This document shows positions 1 to 6,689 of a DNA stretch of 11,952 bases, piece after piece (positions within the stretch are counted from its first letter, which is position 1; every line of letters begins with the position of its first letter). A program made the translations under genes and the position numbers. The notes below the pieces were generated by a model. It made no database searches. It saw only the letters and a list, made by a program, of their open reading frames with translations, and was not told where the DNA came from. Origin of the DNA: an uncultured Deinococcales bacterium (GTDB taxonomy: Bacteria; Deinococcota; Deinococci; Deinococcales; JAAFIG01); assembly GCA_964244895.1 (NCBI GenBank), contig CAXTKV010000010.1:1-11952 (forward strand), read 5' to 3'.

Positions 1-176
1 AGTCCATCATTTCGCCACGACCGCCATCGGATATACTCCCCCGGTCATGCGGTTCGCCATCTCTCAATAGGCGTGGCGTTTTTTCTGGGAGGTGCACGTG
101 AACGTGTTCGACCAAAACAGACCCGAGGCTCGAGAGTGACACCACCCGCGAACCCAACTCCGGGGACGGTGCGTTC

Positions 177-692
177 GTGAGCGCCGGAGTGTACGGCATC
201 ACGGCCTGGCCGCCACCGAAACTGCGGGATTTCGCACTGGAATTTCAGCGCCAAAATCACGTCACGTCCTACGGGCAACCGCATTTCAACCTGCGCTACC
301 CGTTCCTGTGGGCGGACACCGAGGACGAACTGATCGAGCGCTTCCAGGCGATCTGCGCCACGATTCCCGCCTTCCGCGCGGAAATCACCGGCTGGGCGGA
401 CTTCCCGAACGCGCTTTACATCGGCATCCGTCCCAGCCCGGAAGTTTTCGACGCCCACGAACGCGTGCTCGAGGTCGGCGGCGCGTCCTTGTACGCGGGG
501 CTCGATCAGAGCGATTACGTGCCGCACCTGACGGTCGCGCTCGGGCTGACGGAAGACAACCGCGCCGGAATCATCGCGGCTGCCCGCGCGTTACCGATTC
601 CGCGCCGAGCCTGGACGGTTTCAACCCTGATCCTGACGCGCGACGAGGGCGGCAACCTGAAGGAAGTCGCCAAGGGAACGCTGAAAACCTGA
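177..692 (+). CDS. 2'-5' RNA ligase family / 2H phosphoesterase superfamily protein (YjcG-like)
   Basis: 171-aa ORF with a GTG start and GGGGA upstream. Two spaced 2H-type motifs are present: PHFNL (variant of HxT/S) and YVPHLTVA. Size is typical for the fold. Confidence 0.8.
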   Translation: MSAGVYGITAWPPPKLRDFALEFQRQNHVTSYGQPHFNLRYPFLWADTEDELIERFQAICATIPAFRAEITGWADFPNALYIGIRPSPEVFDAHERVLEVGGASLYAGLDQSDYVPHLTVALGLTEDNRAGIIAAARALPIPRRAWTVSTLILTRDEGGNLKEVAKGTLKT

Positions 693-705
693 GAACGTGT
701 CGATG

Positions 706-829
706 AAGGGCAAAGGCGAAAGGGCAAAGCTGAAAGGGAAAAGTGAAAACCAAGCGTTCCGACACGTCGCCCGTCTGACGGTCTTCCTTTCACCTTTTTT
801 CTTTGACCTTTCACCTCTTTTCTTGACCT
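706..829. repeat. Inverted heptamer-array hairpin, copy 1 (possible bidirectional terminator)
   Basis: 706-747 reads AAGGGCA AAGGCGA AAGGGCA AAGCTGA AAGGGAA AAGTGAA. 783-829 is the complementary pyrimidine array (TTCACCT/TTGACCT units). It lies between the convergent stops at 692 and 877. Confidence 0.8.
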
Positions 830-876
830 CTGCGGTTCTGACATCTCTCGAGACTTCACCGACGCGCCCTGAAGGA

Positions 877-1386
877 TCAGCCCGCTCGAGCTTCGGCGTT
901 CTCGCTCGCCTTGAGCAGCCCGAGCAACTGGTTCAACCGATCCGTCTCGTTGATGAAGCCCAAGCCCTTGCGTCGGGACAGCAACTGACCGACGACCCTG
1001 GATTTCTCCGGGACGCCGAAGGCTTCCGCCAGCGTTCCCGGCGCGTCCTGCTCCGGCGATGTGACCGTGCAGGTCGCGTAGGACGGGTTGGAATCGTAAC
1101 GGTACGCCAGTGTGCCGCCCTGGAATGCCCAGAGCTTCAGCAGCTCACCTTCCCAGTCGAGCGCGGCCAGCGCGACCGTGCCCAGCTTGCTCGAGACTTC
1201 CCGAGCGAGCTTCGGCAATGGGGATTCGTCGGTGATGAACCAGACATCCTGAAAGGATGCGGGCAAGATCGAACTCGTGGCAATGCTCGAGAAAGCACCG
1301 TCCTGCACGATGTTTCCCTTAAGGTCAGGAAACGCGTCCTGGACGGTGTTCTTTGCGGCACGAACCAGAATCGTGGCGTTGCTCAT
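877..1386 (-). CDS. Hypothetical protein carrying an in-frame palindromic element near its N-terminus
   Basis: 169-aa ORF with normal globular composition. The ATG is preceded 6 nt upstream by TAGACT (leaderless-type -10). No family confidently recognised. Confidence 0.7.
   Translation of the reverse strand: MSNATILVRAAKNTVQDAFPDLKGNIVQDGAFSSIATSSILPASFQDVWFITDESPLPKLAREVSSKLGTVALAALDWEGELLKLWAFQGGTLAYRYDSNPSYATCTVTSPEQDAPGTLAEAFGVPEKSRVVGQLLSRRKGLGFINETDRLNQLLGLLKASENAEARAG
1291..1353. repeat. REP/REPIN-like palindromic element, intragenic copy
   Basis: Left arm GAAAGCACCGTCCTGCACG (1291-1309) and right arm CGTCCTGGACGGTGTTCTT (1335-1353), 14/19 complementary. Inner stem GTTTCC (1312-1317) pairs with GGAAAC (1328-1333). 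Confidence 0.8.
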
Positions 1387-1392
1387 GGCGGA

Positions 1393-1398
1393 AGTCTA
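1393..1398 (-). promoter_or_regulatory. -10 box (TAGACT) of a probable leaderless transcript
   Basis: TAGACT-6 nt-ATG(1386), with no Shine-Dalgarno. This arrangement is well known in Deinococcus-Thermus. Confidence 0.6.
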
Positions 1399-1459
1399 GA
1401 TCGAAGAGTTCAATGTGTCGGCAATCGGGCTAACGTTCTTGAAACAGGAACCTCAAGCG

Positions 1460-1939
1460 TTAGGCGGTCTTCAAGATCTGCCGAACCGCCCCGGCGTGGT
1501 AGGCGGTGTGCGCGACGTTATTGATGGCGGCGCTCAGGCTGGATTCGCGCCAGACGGGTTCGTTCTGGATCAACTCGCGCAGGGCGACGTACTCGAGTTC
1601 CAGATTCGACCTGATCGAATTCCACTCGGCGTCGGTGGGCTGGCGAATGCGCCAGCTCGCAGCCCAATCCGCATCAAAGTCCTGACCCGCCAGGAGGTGG
1701 CGGGTGTACGCCAGGCACACGCGCACGTGGTCGACATGGGCCGCAACCGTCGGACGATCCGAACCGACGGATTTCGCGGCGTCCGCGCCCGAGGCCGACC
1801 GCACCGCGAACAGCAGGCCGTTGTACCAGCCGTACTTCTCACGTTCGGTTTCGTCACCCTCGATGGCCAGCTCGAGGGCGTTCAGTAGCGCTTGCGTCAA
1901 GCCGGGATGCGCAAATTGTTCTCGTTCGGGGTGATTCAT
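1460..1939 (-). CDS. DinB/YfiT-like four-helix-bundle protein
   Basis: 159 aa, SD GAGGAGG. Motifs TVAAHVDH...W..SW...AHTAYHAGAVRQ give the His triad of the DinB superfamily. Clear paralog of 3309-3779. Confidence 0.75.
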   Translation of the reverse strand: MNHPEREQFAHPGLTQALLNALELAIEGDETEREKYGWYNGLLFAVRSASGADAAKSVGSDRPTVAAHVDHVRVCLAYTRHLLAGQDFDADWAASWRIRQPTDAEWNSIRSNLELEYVALRELIQNEPVWRESSLSAAINNVAHTAYHAGAVRQILKTA

Positions 1940-2041
1940 TGCTCGAGCCTCCTCGTGTTTAACCTTTTCACGACGCGAGGTAGCTCGCGCCCGCGTCAGG
2001 CTCGAGAACCATGTGTGGCGTTCACGCGCTCGAGTCGACGG

Positions 2042-2395
2042 CTATCGTCTCAGGATCTTCTCCATGGCCTTACCTTTGGCGAGCTCGTCAATCAATTTAT
2101 CCAGATAGCGAACGTGCCGTACCACGTTGTCTTCGATTTCCTCGACGCGATAACCGCAAATCAATCCCGTGATTTTTGAAACGTTGGGATTGATCTGCGG
2201 AGCCTGAGCAAAGAAATCTTCAAAGCTGGTCTTGCTCGTCATGTGGTGCCCGAGCGACTGTTCGTCGTAGCCGGTCAGCCAGAAAATGATCTCGTCAACG
2301 TCTGCCTTGGTGCGACCTTTCTTTTCGGCTTTGCTGACGTAATGGGGATACACTCCCGCGACGGTCATTTTGTAGATTCTCGCGTGATTGTTCAC
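2042..2395 (-). CDS. DUF2200 family protein
   Basis: Strong family signature [15 protein letters not shown]...WLTGY...FEDFFAQAP...[15 protein letters not shown]...[24 protein letters not shown] at 2395 is preferred; ATG at 2419 is an alternative start. Confidence 0.9.
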   Translation of the reverse strand: MNNHARIYKMTVAGVYPHYVSKAEKKGRTKADVDEIIFWLTGYDEQSLGHHMTSKTSFEDFFAQAPQINPNVSKITGLICGYRVEEIEDNVVRHVRYLDKLIDELAKGKAMEKILRR

Positions 2396-2446
2396 GGTTC
2401 CATTCGCCCTTTCTGGCATTGAAATACACCGTTTCGTGGTTCGCGA

Positions 2447-2914
2447 TCAACGCTCCCAGAAGGCGGGGGGCTCGATACCGAGCGCGCGCAGGTAGACGTA
2501 GCCCTGAGCGCGGTGGTGAATCTCGTTGTCGATCCAGTATTGAACTTTGGAGACGTTGCTGGTCGCGTGCTTCAACCAGAAGTTGTCCGCTTCCACGGCG
2601 TTCAGGCGTTCGGGCGTGATGCCCGTCCAGGTCTGTTGGAGCTTCGCATCGCAATCGTCCCAGGCGGCCAGGAGGGCCGCTTTATCGGTCACGTCTTCAT
2701 AGGCGGGTTCCCATTTCCACTCGCCGGTGGCCACGCCGCGCAGGGTCGGCAGGCAGGCCAGCATCTCGAGCGCGAGCTGCCCGAAGGGTCGCATTCCGCC
2801 GATGGAAAACGTGAAGAGTTGATCTTCCGGGAACAAGTCCAGCGTGCGGCGGGAAAGCTTGCGGTGACCCATCCAGTGTTCGAGCATCTGATCGGCGGTG
2901 ACGGCTTCGTTCAT
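2447..2914 (-). CDS. DinB family protein
   Basis: 155 aa, SD AAGGGG. Motifs HWMGHRKLSRRT...FSIGGMRPFG and the C-terminal IDNEIHHRAQGYVYLRALGIEPPAFWER are characteristic of DinB proteins. Confidence 0.9.
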   Translation of the reverse strand: MNEAVTADQMLEHWMGHRKLSRRTLDLFPEDQLFTFSIGGMRPFGQLALEMLACLPTLRGVATGEWKWEPAYEDVTDKAALLAAWDDCDAKLQQTWTGITPERLNAVEADNFWLKHATSNVSKVQYWIDNEIHHRAQGYVYLRALGIEPPAFWER

Positions 2915-2924
2915 GATTCCCCTT

Positions 2925-3293
2925 TCAGCAGATCTCGCCCGATGACGCGCGCGCCTCGAGCAGAAGCTGCCTGACGACCTCGAAATCGATCCGAGCGGGT
3001 CTGGAATACCGGATGCAGCCCTTTCCGACGCTCAGGCCGTCCAGCAGGTGACGGCTGGCCTGCATCGCGTCCTGGTTGAGTAGGTACAAGGAGATGTAGT
3101 TCTTCTGGCTGGCGAAGGCGATCTCGGGTTCGCCAGCGCCGGGACGCGTGTAGCTCGGCATTCCGTAACGCATGTTTTCCGCGTAGCCCTCGAGGAGCTC
3201 CAGACAGAGTTGTCGCAGGTGTGCCAGGGCCGCCCGGCGGTCATCGGGAACCGTCTGAAGGTACGCGTCGACACCGGCGGCCTGAATGTTCAT
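2925..3293 (-). CDS. DUF1801 (YdhG-like) domain protein
   Basis: 122 aa, SD GGGAG. Motif VDAYL...E.MRYGMPSY...AFASQKNYISLY...GKGCIRY...IDFEVVRQLL. Confidence 0.85.
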   Translation of the reverse strand: MNIQAAGVDAYLQTVPDDRRAALAHLRQLCLELLEGYAENMRYGMPSYTRPGAGEPEIAFASQKNYISLYLLNQDAMQASRHLLDGLSVGKGCIRYSRPARIDFEVVRQLLLEARASSGEIC

Positions 3294-3308
3294 GGGTTTC
3301 TCCCGAGA

Positions 3309-3779
3309 TCAAGGGTGCTTAACGGCGTTGAGTGTGGCGCGAATCGCGCCCAGGTGGTACGCGCCGTGCGCGATGGTAGCGACGACACCGGTGAAGATCA
3401 TCGGCTCGAGGTGCGCCAGGTCGAGGTTTCGCATCGTCTCGAGCGTGACCCGATACTCGCGGCGCAGATCGGCGCGCAGGTCGTCCCAGGCGGCGGGATC
3501 GAGCTGGCGCACGCGCCAGCTCTCAGACCAGTTCGGGTTCCAGGGCGCACCTTTGACGGTCGCGTTGAGGTTGGCCAGGCTCCAGCGCAGGTGCTCCGCG
3601 TGCGCGGCGATGGTCAGGCCGTCCGGTGCGGCGCTCAAAGATGCGGCGGCAGCCGTGAGTCCGTCCAGCGTCCCGAGCAACCCGCCCTTGCCGCCGTCGC
3701 TGAAGAAGCTCGAGTCCGCGCCTTCGTAGGCTTCGGTGAACAACCCCGCCAGGCTGCTCGCGACCTCGTCTGCGTTCAT
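3309..3779 (-). CDS. DinB/YfiT-like protein
   Basis: Real start taken as ATG 3779 (SD AAAGGGGAAG), giving 156 aa. Motif GLLGTLDGL...TIAAHAEHLRWSL...WSESW...IAHGAYHLGAIR. The longer ORF-track N-terminus overlaps the upstream gene. Confidence 0.8.
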   Translation of the reverse strand: MNADEVASSLAGLFTEAYEGADSSFFSDGGKGGLLGTLDGLTAAAASLSAAPDGLTIAAHAEHLRWSLANLNATVKGAPWNPNWSESWRVRQLDPAAWDDLRADLRREYRVTLETMRNLDLAHLEPMIFTGVVATIAHGAYHLGAIRATLNAVKHP

Positions 3780-3795
3780 GCTTCCCCTTTGAGCG

Positions 3796-3820
3796 AGAAG
3801 ACCGTCCCAGACGGCATTCT
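3796..3820. repeat. Short/degenerate copy of the palindromic element
   Basis: AGAAGACCGTC-CCA-GACGGCATTCT. The left part matches the arm at 7933 (AGAAGACCGTCCC). Intergenic within the operon. Confidence 0.5.
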
Positions 3821-3826
3821 CGAGCA

Positions 3827-4213
3827 TCAATCCTTTTTCTCGAGCGGCGCGAATAAATCCACGGTGTTGCCGTCCGGGTCGCGCACGATGGCGTACCGCT
3901 GACCCCAGACCGCGTCCCAAGGCGCGAGGTGCGATTCGTAACCCGCGCCCGTCAGTTCGGCGTATTTGGCATCCACCTCTGCGGGGTCGTAGCACAAAAA
4001 AGCGCCCACACCGTGCGGTTGCAGGCTCGCGTGCGGGTCGAAGCTTTTCATCATACTGAGCGCGTCCCAGGCGAGACGCAGACCGTTTTCCAGCGTGATC
4101 TCGACGTGATTTTCTTCGTCCGGCACGACTGGAATCTCGAGGCCGAGGCGTCGGTAAAATGCCAGACTTTTCTGGATGTCCGCCGTGATGATGCCGATCA
4201 TGTCCAGCCTCAC
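3827..4213 (-). CDS. VOC (glyoxalase/bleomycin resistance) family protein
   Basis: GTG at 4213 overlaps the upstream TGA (GTGA), with SD GAGGAGG; 128 aa. Motif DIQKSLAFYRRLGL...PWDAVWGQRYAIVRDPDGNTVDLFA. Confidence 0.9.
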   Translation of the reverse strand: MRLDMIGIITADIQKSLAFYRRLGLEIPVVPDEENHVEITLENGLRLAWDALSMMKSFDPHASLQPHGVGAFLCYDPAEVDAKYAELTGAGYESHLAPWDAVWGQRYAIVRDPDGNTVDLFAPLEKKD

Positions 4214-4575
4214 GCGACCTCCTCGTAGAAGTGAATGCAGACGCCGTTCGCGTCCAACACGGCGAATTCTCTGGTTCCCCAGGGTTTTTTCTCGAGCCTG
4301 CCGTTCGGGTGAATCACGCCGTAAGCCGCGCAGCGCTCGTAGAGCGCGTCCAGGTCGTGCGTCAGCACGCGGAAGCTCGTCCAGTGCGCAATGTCGGGGT
4401 TCTCGGATTGGTAAAAATGCAGTTCCAGCGGGGCTTTCACGCCGCCGTACTCGACGGGGTTGCCGGATGTCCACGAATCGGTGAAACCGAGTTTTTGCGT
4501 GTAGAACTCGAGTGTTTCGATGATGTCGTGCGCGGGCAGGATCGGGACGGCTTTGGACATGGTCGGCGCGATCAT
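4210..4575 (-). CDS. VOC family, bleomycin-resistance-protein-like
   Basis: ATG 4575 with SD AGGAGG; 121 aa. Motif AVPILPAHDIIETLEFYTQKLGF...LHF...KPWGTREFAVLDANGVCIHF. Confidence 0.85.
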   Translation of the reverse strand: MIAPTMSKAVPILPAHDIIETLEFYTQKLGFTDSWTSGNPVEYGGVKAPLELHFYQSENPDIAHWTSFRVLTHDLDALYERCAAYGVIHPNGRLEKKPWGTREFAVLDANGVCIHFYEEVA

Positions 4576-4599
4576 GGCTCCTCCTGTTATTTCGTTCAC

Positions 4600-4628
4600 A
4601 GCATAACGTAATGTGGCAATTCAGTCAA
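4600..4628 (-). promoter_or_regulatory. Sigma70-type promoter of the VOC/DinB operon
   Basis: Minus strand TTGACT (4628-4623), 17-nt spacer, TATGCT (4605-4600). It sits in an AT-rich patch about 25 nt upstream of the ATG at 4575. Confidence 0.75.
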
Positions 4629-4681
4629 TTTGCGAATCTCGAGGCAGCACGAAGGCCCGTGCGAGGCGTCACCAGCAGAGA

Positions 4682-5095
4682 TCAGGATTCGCTCAGCGCC
4701 GCGACAGCACCCTTGACGGACGCGTCGTACTCGAGTTCCGTCACGGCCTGCTGCCAGTCCGTACCGCCCAGATTGACCGCCACGTGCGCGCTCGATTCGC
4801 CCGCCGAACCGTGCCAGTGGCGCAGACCATCCGCAATCCGAATCGACTGCCCCGGCTCGAGCCTGACGGCCCGCGCGCCCTCAGTCTGCACCAGGATCGC
4901 GCCCATCACGACCAGCAAAATCTGATCGCCCGCGTGCGCGTGCCAGTTCGTGCGCGCCCGAGGGCCGAACTGCACGAAATTCGCCGCAACCCCCGAACCA
5001 TCCGGCGCGCTCGAGAACAGCCCGCGATGCACCTCGCCACTGAAATAGCCCGTGGTGTCCAACTCCAGTTCCAGATCCGGCCAGATCGCTTTCAT
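4682..5095 (-). CDS. Cupin domain protein
   Basis: 137 aa with the two cupin metal motifs FGPRARTNWHAHAGDQILLV..G and GQSIRIADGLRHWHG. Confidence 0.85.
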   Translation of the reverse strand: MKAIWPDLELELDTTGYFSGEVHRGLFSSAPDGSGVAANFVQFGPRARTNWHAHAGDQILLVVMGAILVQTEGARAVRLEPGQSIRIADGLRHWHGSAGESSAHVAVNLGGTDWQQAVTELEYDASVKGAVAALSES

Positions 5096-5101
5096 GCCCC
5101 A

Positions 5102-5107
5102 ACACTA
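5102..5107 (-). promoter_or_regulatory. -10 box (TAGTGT) of a probable leaderless transcript
   Basis: TAGTGT-6 nt-ATG(5095). Confidence 0.45.
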
Positions 5108-5120
5108 CCGCCGAGCCATG

Positions 5121-5170
5121 AGAACACCGTCCTGGACGCGTTCAAAAAACGGTGTCCAGGACGGTGCTTT
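5121..5170. repeat. REP/REPIN-like palindromic element
   Basis: AGAACACCGTCCTGGACGC, 12-nt A-rich loop, GTGTCCAGGACGGTGCTTT (16/19 complementary). Located 3' of the HU gene. Confidence 0.85.
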
Positions 5171-5197
5171 TTACCTCTTCAGCGAAGAGGCTGCGCT

Positions 5198-5500
5198 TTA
5201 GAGCTTGCCCTTGAGGGTGCTCGAGGCGCTGAACTTCAACTTCTTGCCCGCCGGAATCTTGATCTTCTCGCTCGTGCCGGGCTTGACGCCGGTGCGGGCG
5301 GCGGTCTTGACGACCGCGAAGCTGCCCAGTCCGGGCACATTGATCGAGCCCTTCTTGGCGTGCGCCACCAGGCTGGCGGCCATCGCGTCGACGGCGGCTC
5401 CGGCCTGCGCTTGCGTCAATCCGACGCTGCTGGCGAGCTGCTTGACGAGTTCTGCCTTGCCCGCGCGGGTGACTTTCTTTGCGTCCTTCTTTGCAGCCAT
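5198..5500 (-). CDS. hup: HU family DNA-binding protein
   Basis: ATG 5500 with SD GGGGA; 100 aa. Motif KAELVKQLA...PGLGSFAVVKTAARTGVKPGTSEKIKIPAGKKLKF...TLK. The RTGVKPGT arm is the Deinococcus-Thermus type, and there is a short Lys-rich N-terminal tail. Confidence 0.92.
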   Translation of the reverse strand: MAAKKDAKKVTRAGKAELVKQLASSVGLTQAQAGAAVDAMAASLVAHAKKGSINVPGLGSFAVVKTAARTGVKPGTSEKIKIPAGKKLKFSASSTLKGKL

Positions 5501-5674
5501 GATGTTCCCCGTTTCTACGCCCCCAAGAAACACCGTGTTTGACGGGTTGGTTTTCCGGGCGTTTTCAAAGCATACATGGTGGACGGTGAGAATCGTAGTG
5601 TGTAGCTCACAGCGGTCGTTGAGGACGGGTTCTGCCGAGATGGATAAACCCAATTCCGCAGATCGTGAATAAGG

Positions 5675-5720
5675 AACACCGCTCAGTACGTAACCCACAG
5701 AATGCGTCCAGGACGGTGTT
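5675..5720. repeat. REP/REPIN-like palindromic element (left arm degenerate)
   Basis: AACACCGCTCAGTACGTA, 10-nt loop, TGCGTCCAGGACGGTGTT (13/18 complementary). Located 9 nt 3' of the stop at 5730. Confidence 0.75.
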
Positions 5721-5729
5721 AAAACCTCA

Positions 5730-6158
5730 TCAACCCGCGATGGTCGCATCCTCGAGTTGCGCATCCGAGCCCAGATTGGCCAGCACCACGTGCCCCAGGA
5801 AGATCTCGTCATCGCTGTAAAAAAGCTCCGTGTTGTCATCGGTGTGCATCAAAATGCTGGTCAACTTGATGCGACGCGCGAAGGATTCCAGCGTGATCGG
5901 CTCGGGCTGTTCGTCCTCGTCGCGCCAATCTTCAGCCAATTCCAACATCTTTTGTGCGATGGCGGCGCGCAACGCGGGCTCCGCGTCCCGGATGCGAACG
6001 AACATGGCGCGTCTGTTGTCCAGCACCGCGTCCAGATCGCGCCCGAAGATCGAAACTTCTACGCTGTGACCGGGCGCAATCTCGAGTTCGCTCCGCCACC
6101 AGTCATAGGTGTCATCCCATTCCAGTTCCCCGAAGACGGCATCCTGTACGTTGTCCAT
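5730..6158 (-). CDS. DUF2262-like protein (paralog 1)
   Basis: ATG 6158 with SD GGGAGG; 142 aa, very acidic. Motif D.VFGELEWD...ELAEDW...ITLESFARRIKLTSI...LFYSDDEIFLGHVV...ATIAG. Confidence 0.75.
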   Translation of the reverse strand: MDNVQDAVFGELEWDDTYDWWRSELEIAPGHSVEVSIFGRDLDAVLDNRRAMFVRIRDAEPALRAAIAQKMLELAEDWRDEDEQPEPITLESFARRIKLTSILMHTDDNTELFYSDDEIFLGHVVLANLGSDAQLEDATIAG

Positions 6159-6192
6159 CGCGTTCCTCCCGTTGATTGGCTCGAGCTTACAG

Positions 6193-6240
6193 GAACACCG
6201 TCCAGCACGCAAATCAAAATACGTGTGCTGGACGGTGTTC
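6193..6240. repeat. REP/REPIN-like palindromic element
   Basis: GAACACCGTCCAGCACGC, 12-nt AT-rich loop, GTGTGCTGGACGGTGTTC (17/18 complementary). Lies between the two DUF2262-like genes. Confidence 0.9.
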
Positions 6241-6254
6241 TTTGGATAAACGCG

Positions 6255-6689
6255 TCAGCCGTCTACGGTGACGGATCTGAAACTGCCATCTGACCAGAGT
6301 TCAACGAAAACAACGTGACCCGCAAAAATCCCGTCATCATCGAAGCACAGTTCGGCTGAGCCATCATCAAAGGCTCGTACGCTCTCGAGCCGGACACGTC
6401 GAGCGAGCGCACCAAGGCTCATCGGCGTCTCGAGATGCCAGGATTCTCGGACTTCGTTGTATCGCTCGAGAAGCTGCTCAATCACAATTTCGTTCAGTTC
6501 AGATTCCGTCCGACGGAGGCGTTCAATCACTACTCGAGCCGTCTCGAGGTCAGGCTCGGATTCAATGTCATCAAATTGGACGACGATCTCGGGAGGGTAT
6601 CCAGACCACTGGATGTTAGCCGTCCAACTCCCGAGATCATCGTTCCAGACGAGCTCGCCAAAAAACGAATCGTGAATACCGTCTGCCAT
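6255..6689 (-). CDS. DUF2262-like protein (paralog 2)
   Basis: 144 aa, acidic. Motif IHDSFFGELVW...LARRVRLESV...DGSAELCFDDDGIFAGHVVFV...VTVDG. Starts 3 nt after the ald stop. Confidence 0.75.
   Translation of the reverse strand: MADGIHDSFFGELVWNDDLGSWTANIQWSGYPPEIVVQFDDIESEPDLETARVVIERLRRTESELNEIVIEQLLERYNEVRESWHLETPMSLGALARRVRLESVRAFDDGSAELCFDDDGIFAGHVVFVELWSDGSFRSVTVDG

Noticed and set aside
1..180. Open frame 1-180 ending in a GTGA overlap with the 2H gene, and a 13-codon ORF at 98-139 with a GGAGGT SD
   Set aside because: Codon usage is atypical and no protein motif is recognisable. It may be the tail of an upstream gene but cannot be supported from this window.
697..1524. Long antisense or alternative-frame ORFs (697-1524, 4613-5542, 6435-7889, 3210-3902, 9324-9947, 9978-10646 and others)
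   Set aside because: These are shadow ORFs typical of high-GC DNA. They overlap well-supported genes on the opposite strand or run through low-complexity repeats, and have no recognisable domains.
1974..1989. Small hairpin CGCGAG-GTAG-CTCGCG between DUF2200 and the last DinB gene
   Set aside because: Single copy with a 6-bp stem and no adjacent U-tract on the coding strand. Insufficient to call a terminator or REP.
6131..6150. N-terminus NVQDAVF of DUF2262-like paralog 1 resembling the element-encoded peptide
   Set aside because: Only 12/18 nt match one arm, there is no partner arm, and the paralog has the homologous native motif IHDSFFG.
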